Assembly (NCBI RefSeq): GCF_009914755.1
Contig: NC_060926.1
Direction: 5' to 3' (one strand)
DNA length: 64,000 bases
Source: the human T2T-CHM13v2.0 reference genome, Homo sapiens
In this document: one piece after another, positions 57,830 through 64,000 of the stretch
How positions within the stretch are numbered: position 1 is the first letter of the stretch
How the letters are laid out: each line of letters begins with the position of its first letter
Notes under the pieces: model-generated
What the model was told of the DNA's origin: nothing
What the model saw: the letters and a program-made list of their open reading frames with translations, nothing else
The model's database searches: none
Translations under genes and position numbers: made by a program

Positions 57830-60800
57830 AATGTGAGTGAGTTTAAGGGAAGTAGTGGAGAGTACTTGCAACTTCCAGGAGGAAGAGGAGAGATCAGGCT
57901 TGCTGTCCGATGGACACAGCTTTATTCCGGAATGGTGAACCCAATGGGGAGGGTCCTGCAGATGGACAGCAGTTGGGGTGCTATAGATGACTAGATAGGG
58001 TCCAGTCCATCGAGGCTGTAGAGTTTGAGGGCTCAGACCCTTAACAAGAACTGATCGTTCAGCTAGGGTGTCTTCATATGGCTGGGAATCTGGAGTAGGA
58101 AAGAGAAGATTAGCAGTCGGGCGAATTTCCTGTCTAGCCTGCTGGAGGACTGGAAGATAGTTGTCCAGAGGGCTGGTGTCTGGAACAAGGTTGGGGCCAA
58201 GCAAGAAAGTAAGTCCATATAAAAGTTTAAATGGACTGTACCCTGTAGCATCTTGAAGGCAGGCTCTACTTCTGAGAAGGGCAAGTGGTAGAAATACTGT
58301 CCAGTCCCTTTTAAGTTGGAAGCTGAGCTTGGTGAGGTGTGTTTTTAAAAGACCATTACTCCTTTCTACCTTTCCTGAAGACTGAGGATGGTAGGGGGTA
58401 TGAAGTTTCCACTGAATATCAAGAGCTTGAGAGACAGCTTGGAGGATTTGACTAATAAAAGCCAAACCATTGTCAGATTGAATAGAAGTAGGGAGGCCAA
58501 ATCAGGGAATTATATCTGTTAGAAGGGAAGAAATGACTGCAGTAGCCTTTTCAGAGATAGTGGGAAATGCCTCAACCCACCCAGTGAAGGTGTCAATCCA
58601 AACCAGGAGATATTTAAATTTACAGATATGGGGCATATGAGTGAAGTCAATCTGCCAATCTTGTGTTGGAGTAAATCCACGAGCCTGATGCGTAGGAAAA
58701 GGAGGAGGGCTGAGAAAGCCTTGGGGGCTGGTGGCATGGTAGACGAGCATTGAGAGGTGACTGTCTTAAGGATGGATTTCCATGAAGAGAAGGAGATGAG
58801 GGGCTGCAGGAGGCGAGCCAGAGGCTTGTATCCCACATGGAAGTGGTCATGAAGGAAAGAAAGCATGGACTGAGCTTGTGAGGCAGGAAGAATGAATTTT
58901 CCATGATTTAAGAAGCACTTTCCCTGAGTTGGAAAAGACTAGTAGAGCAGGCTTTCAAAAGAGTAGGTGGTAGTGATAGATAAGGAAGAAAAATACTGGT
59001 CCTCTGGAGTGGGAGCTGGAATATTAGCGGGTGTGGAGGCATTGGTTATTTCTTTTGCTGTCCTGTCGGCATAGGCATTTCCTTTTGCAATAAGATGAGT
59101 AGGTTTCTGGTGTCCTTTACAATGAATGACTCCAGGCTTGGCCAGCAGGAGAGCAGCCTTAAGGAGGGCCTTTATTAGGGAGGCATAGATAATGGAAGAG
59201 GTTTGTGTGGTAAGGAAGCCTCTTTTAGCCCAGATGGCAGCATGGTTATGGAAGATGTGGAAAGCATATTTGGAGTCAGTATAAATGTTAATGTGCATTC
59301 CCTTAGCGAGAGAGAGCACATGAGTTAAAGCAATCAGTTTGGCTTGTTGGGAAGTGGTGGAGGGAGGAAGAGCAGCAGTTTCAATAATAGAGATGTGGGA
59401 CATGACAGCATATCCAGCTTACCTGGTGAAAATTGATTGGGTGGTCTGGATTTTGAATTCGAAGAATAGAAATACAAGGAAAGGAGGAAGATGCTATGTG
59501 TATTAGGGAAATACAGTCACGTGGTTCAGGACTTGTGTTGGTTACTAACTGAGAAGCTGGGTTGAAATCGTGCCCATGGCCAATAGTTACTGTTGGGGTT
59601 TCAATAAAAGAATAGAGCTGGAGGAGTCGAGGGGCAGACAGTAAGTGTGAAAGGTGTGAGGAGGATATTAATGCTTGAAGGTTGTGAGAACTGTAGAGGG
59701 TAAGTGGAGCATAGCTTGTGATTTTGAGGGCTTCCAGAAGTATTACAGCAGCAGCTGCTGCTGCACGCAAATATGAGGGCTGCACCAGAATTGTGAGGTC
59801 AAGTTGTTTTGATAGAAAGGCAACAGGTCGTGGGCCTGGCTCCTGTGTGAGGACTCCAGCAGCGCAGCCTTGTATTTCAGCTGTGTGTAAGGAAAAAGCA
59901 TGGGACGAGTTGGGGAGTGCTAGTGTGGGAGCTGTCTCCAGGGCCTTTTTGAGAGAGCAAAAAGAACAATGGGCAAAAAACTTAGGGTCTATGGGATCAG
60001 TTAAGTTACCTCTTGTGAGCTTGTAAAGTGGTTTTGTTAGGATAGCAAAGCCTGGTATCCAGAGTCGGAAATATCCAACAATGCCTAAGAAGGAAAGGAG
60101 TTGTTGTTTTGTGGTGGGGATTCGGGTCTGGGAGATTAACTGAGCACAGTCTGCAGGAAGGGCATGTGTATGCTGATGGAGGATTATACCGAGATAGGTA
60201 ACACTAGGGGAAGAAATTTGTGTCTTGGAGGGGGATACTCGGTACCCCTTTAAATAGAGATGTTGAAGAAGCAGGGTAGTGTCCTGCTGGGAAGATTGGT
60301 AAGAGGGACTGCAAAGAAGAAGATCATCAAAATATTGAATAAGATGGGAGGCAGACAGGTGAAAAGAAAGCAGATCATGAGAAAGGGCCTGGCCGAAGTA
60401 GTGTGGGCTGTTCCTGAAGCCTTGGGGCAGAACAGTCCAGGTGAGTTGTTGGGATTGGTGGGTGTCACGGTCAGTCCAAGTAAAGGCAAAAAGAGGCTGA
60501 GAGGAGGGATACAAGGGGATAGTAAAGAAGGTGTCTTTGAGGTCAATAACAAAATAGTGAGTTGTGGAAGGGGGTATTGAAGATAGGAGGGTGTAGAGGT
60601 TTGGCACTATAAGGTGGATGGGAAAGACGATTTGATTAATAAGGCAAAGATCCTGAACCAACCTGTAAGATTTGTCTGGTTCCTGGATGGGTAGGATAGG
60701 GGAGCTGTAATGTAGCAGGATGAGCCATGGACAAAACCTCTCAGACACCGAGTTGTAGAAGGAAGGGCTTTATTCAGCTGGGAGCATCGGCAAGCTACTG

Positions 60801-61690
60801 TCTTAAAATCGGAGCTCCTTGAGTGCACAATTTCTGTCCATTTTAAGGGCTCACAACACTAAAGATTTTACATGAAAGGGTCGTGATTGATTGAGCAATC
60901 TAGGGGTTATGTAACAGGGTCTTCATGCACTGGTAGTCAGAGTCAAACAGAACAGAACAGGGAGTTTCACAATGTTCTTCCATACAATGCTTGGAATCTA
61001 TGGATAACATTGGTTGCTAAGTCATGAGTTGATTTTTAACTACTAGGTTTAGGCCAGGCAGGCCCAGGCCTGGCGCCGGGCTGCCTGTCTCTGATTTCAC
61101 TTCCTTGATTTTTACTCTTAAAACAGGTACTGAGTATAAAACAATATAAAACAATATGAGAGGGTCTCTCTCTTCCCTCAGTAAGGAGAATTTGTAGGCT
61201 TTAAGAGGCCATGTTGTAACAGGTGGGTGATAACACGCTCTAGTGGTAACAGTGATTAGGTTTTAACGGGATGGTAAGGGGTGCATGATCAGTTGCCAAG
61301 GAAGGAGTAGAGGTATCCCATACTTGTGGATTAAGGCAGGGAGACACAGGGGAGGATGCAAAGGAGGCTTTGAAGTGAGGAAAAGGGTGGCAATGAGGTG
61401 TGGCTGTAGCCCAGGAATAGTCAGGGAAGTGGATAGTTTTGTTAAAACGTCTCGACCTAATAAGGAAACTGGGCAGGTAAGGATAACTAAAAAGGAGTGC
61501 ATAAAAGAATGTTGTCCAAGTTCGCATCAGAGTTGGGGAGTTTTAAGAGATTTAGAAGCCTGGCCATCAATACCCACAACAGTTATGGTGGCAAGGGAAA
61601 CAGGTCGTTGAAAAGAAGGTAATGTGGAGTGGGTAGACTCCACATTGATTAAGAAGGGGATGGACTTACTCTCCACTGTAAGAGTTACCC
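57830..61690 (-). pseudogene. pol: HERV-H pro-pol (PR, RT, RNase H, IN), disrupted
   Basis: RT motifs YRLVQDL, LPQGFRNSP and YFDDLLL; RNase H NIYTDSKY..HCKGHQ; IN WQIDFTHM..DTFTGWVEAFP and YHPQSSGKVER. Confidence 0.93.
60711..61180 (-). mobile_element. Solo ERV1 LTR (LTR6-like) nested in HERV-H RT
   Basis: TG..CA ends with a perfect 4-bp TSD GTAA (60707-60710 and 61181-61184); removing it restores GLLKPTNSPYSSPILP. Confidence 0.85.
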
Positions 61691-61737
61691 AAAGTGTCTG
61701 TGATGGTCCAGGAGGCTTCCAAGGCGATTGGGCAGCA

Positions 61738-62001
61738 TCAGTCTTCAGCAGCTAAGCTGAGAAGATCTGGGAAGGAGTCAGTCAGAGATCCTTGGGCCAG
61801 AGTTCCAGTGGCTCTGGGAGTCGCTGCCAGGAGAGTTGGACAGTCCAATTTCCAGTGGGGTCCCGCACAGATGGGACACGGCTTAGGAGGAATCCCAGGC
61901 TGTGGGCATTCCTCGGTCCAGTGGCCAGATTTCCAGCACTTGAAGCAAGATCCCAGGGGAGGAGGTCCTGGAGGAATGCCGGGCTGCTGCGGTTTAGGCA
62001 T
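61738..62001 (-). pseudogene. gag: HERV-H gag C-terminus (nucleocapsid zinc knuckles); provirus truncated here
   Basis: CFKCWKSGHWTEEC and CPICAGPHWKLDC, ending LLSLAAED*. Confidence 0.92.
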
Positions 62002-64000
62002 TTTTAAATTTTGTGACCTAGTGTAAGCAAAACACTATCTGAGGCAGGTCTCAATCAATTTACAGGTTTATTTTGCCAAATATATGGCTTATGGCCTGTG
62101 ACACAGCCTTAGGAGGTCCTGCAAACATATGCCTAAGGTGGTTGGATTTTACGTTGGTTTTATACACTTTAGGAGACACAGAAATTACAGGCAAAGACAT
62201 AAATCAGTACATATAAGATACACATAAGTTTGTCCTGGAAAGGTGGGATAGCTTGAAGCAGGGGTTTCCAGGTCATAGGTGGATTCAAAGCTTTCCTGAC
62301 TGGCAACTGGTTGAAAGAGTTAAGCTCTGCCTAAAGAGTTGAATTCATCATAAAGAAATGCTTGAGTCTAGAAAATGGGGGGTTCTTGTCATGTAGATGA
62401 ATCCTATGGGTAGTAAATAAAGTAGATGGTGAATGTTGATTATCAGACCTTAGAAAAAAATGTCAGACTCTTTGGAAAAGACTTAGTAAGGGGAGAAGAT
62501 TCTCTATAGAATGCAAATTTCCCCCACAACAGGTAGCTTTGCAGGGCCACTTCAGAATATGTCAAAGAAATATTTTTAGGATAAAATATTTTGATTTTCT
62601 CCAGGGCCTATTATCTGTCACATTGGAGTATGGTATCTTATTGCTAAAAAGTATCTGTTTCATCAGTCCAGAGATCTCTGTTGTAATGATAATGCTGGTC
62701 AGTTGTGTCTGAACTCCAAAGGGAGGAGAGTATAATGAGGCACATCTAAACCCACCTGCCAGTCATGGCCTAATCTAGTTTTCCAAATTTCTTTGAAGTG
62801 CTTTCTGTCAAAAGAGGAGTCCATTCAGCAGGTTGGTGACCTACAACTTAATTTTTGGTTTTAACACACAGAAAAACAAAATCACTGCACAAATTCAATC
62901 TGAAATAGATTGGTAAAGAAAAATTAAGTGCTTCCTGAATATTCCTACATGTCAAAGAAAAAGAAATTATTAGAATTCAGATGAGAAATACCCCTCATAC
63001 AAAAGATTAACGATTTTTTTTTTTTTTTTACTGTCTTAGTTTGGGTCCACCTGCAATAAGGATTCCTGTTTAGGCAGCAAATTTACGCTGGGAGAAAAGG
63101 AGGAAAGTGAGGAAGGGAACAGAAGATGAATTGTAAAAGACGCATCAACAACCCACCTGACTCAGGAGAACTGAAGATCAACCACCTGTGGAAACATGGA
63201 CTAAATTCCTCTGGGCTGTTCCACCTGAGAGATGAGGAAGCTTAAGTATGTATACACCTCATCCTGTCCTCACTGATTGTGAGCTGTCTCTCTTGTTCTA
63301 TTTCAAGCTGCTGTAACAGATTCCTTTTCACTGAGTAATTCATAAAGAACACAAATTTATTTTCTTACACTTCTGGAGAATGGAAAATTTAAGTTCAAGG
63401 CATGGGCAGGTTAATGTCTGCTTTCTTTGCTTTCAAGATGATGCCTTGAGTTTGGGGTCCTTCAAAGGAAGGAAGGCCATGTCTTAACATGACAGACAAG
63501 CAGAAGAGAGAGAGATCTCAGCCCCACAATTGCTGTTTATACTGGCATTAATGTATTCCACTAGAGGGCACCACACTCATGATCTAAACACATCCCAGTA
63601 GGCCCCACATGGCAATACCATTACACTGAGAATTAACTTTACAACAGATGGATTCTGGAGGACACAGTGAAACCATAGCACTTTCCTAAGAGATACACAT
63701 TTCAGGTCATTTGGTCAGCAATGCATGCAGGCAGAGTTCTCTGCCCAAGACTGTAAAGAACATAAGACATGTATATTGCCATTGCAAGTGAGCAGAGGTA
63801 CAGCAAAGAGAAAGCCCTAGAATACAGATAGAGACTCCTATATTCATCCTGGTACAGTTAACCCTTGAATAAATTGGGTTTGAAATTTGCAGATCCACTT
63901 GTATTTTCTTCTGTGTGTGTCACCTGTAAACAAGTACTTAATAAGTAGTAAATATATTTTCTCATTTTTATAGTTTACTTAATTACATTTTTTTCTTTAG
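62002..64000 (+). repeat. Segmental duplication block, direct paralogue of ~7845-9840 (the 5' flank of IGKV1D-16)
   Basis: Colinear, e.g. GAATTCAGATGAGAAATACCCCTCATACAAAAGATTAA; near-identical ORFs MDLQISNP at 9463-9738 and 63707-63898. Confidence 0.93.
62022..62866 (-). mobile_element. MER4-family LTR
   Basis: Paralogue of 7865-8706. Confidence 0.75.

Overview
Primate, almost certainly human, immunoglobulin kappa locus, distal (IGKVD) cluster, in germline configuration. Three V segments lie on the + strand: IGKV1D-16 (functional, 11835-12340), IGKV3D-15 (functional, with T>I and S>I substitutions, 26458-27001) and a multiply disabled Vk2 pseudogene, IGKV2D-14 by gene order (33358-34151). 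Each has an octamer promoter, a split leader and a 12-bp-spacer RSS. The rest is mosaic segmental duplication plus retroelements: Alus, L1s, MaLR/THE1, Tigger MITEs, several ERV1 LTRs, and three copies of an ERVL-type remnant carrying env traces. There is also a 5'-truncated but otherwise near-complete HERV-H provirus with a full-length env region and a nested solo LTR, and a 2.8-kb ~75-bp-unit palindromic satellite (SATR-like). I found no new enzymatic or defence system. The best leads are the structured satellite at a duplication boundary, the HERV-H with substitute same-strand LTRs and a secretable SU ORF, an inversion and deletions that distinguish the internal paralogues, and a possible unannotated V relic. 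Repeat family names come from recalled consensus sequences and need RepeatMasker/Dfam confirmation.
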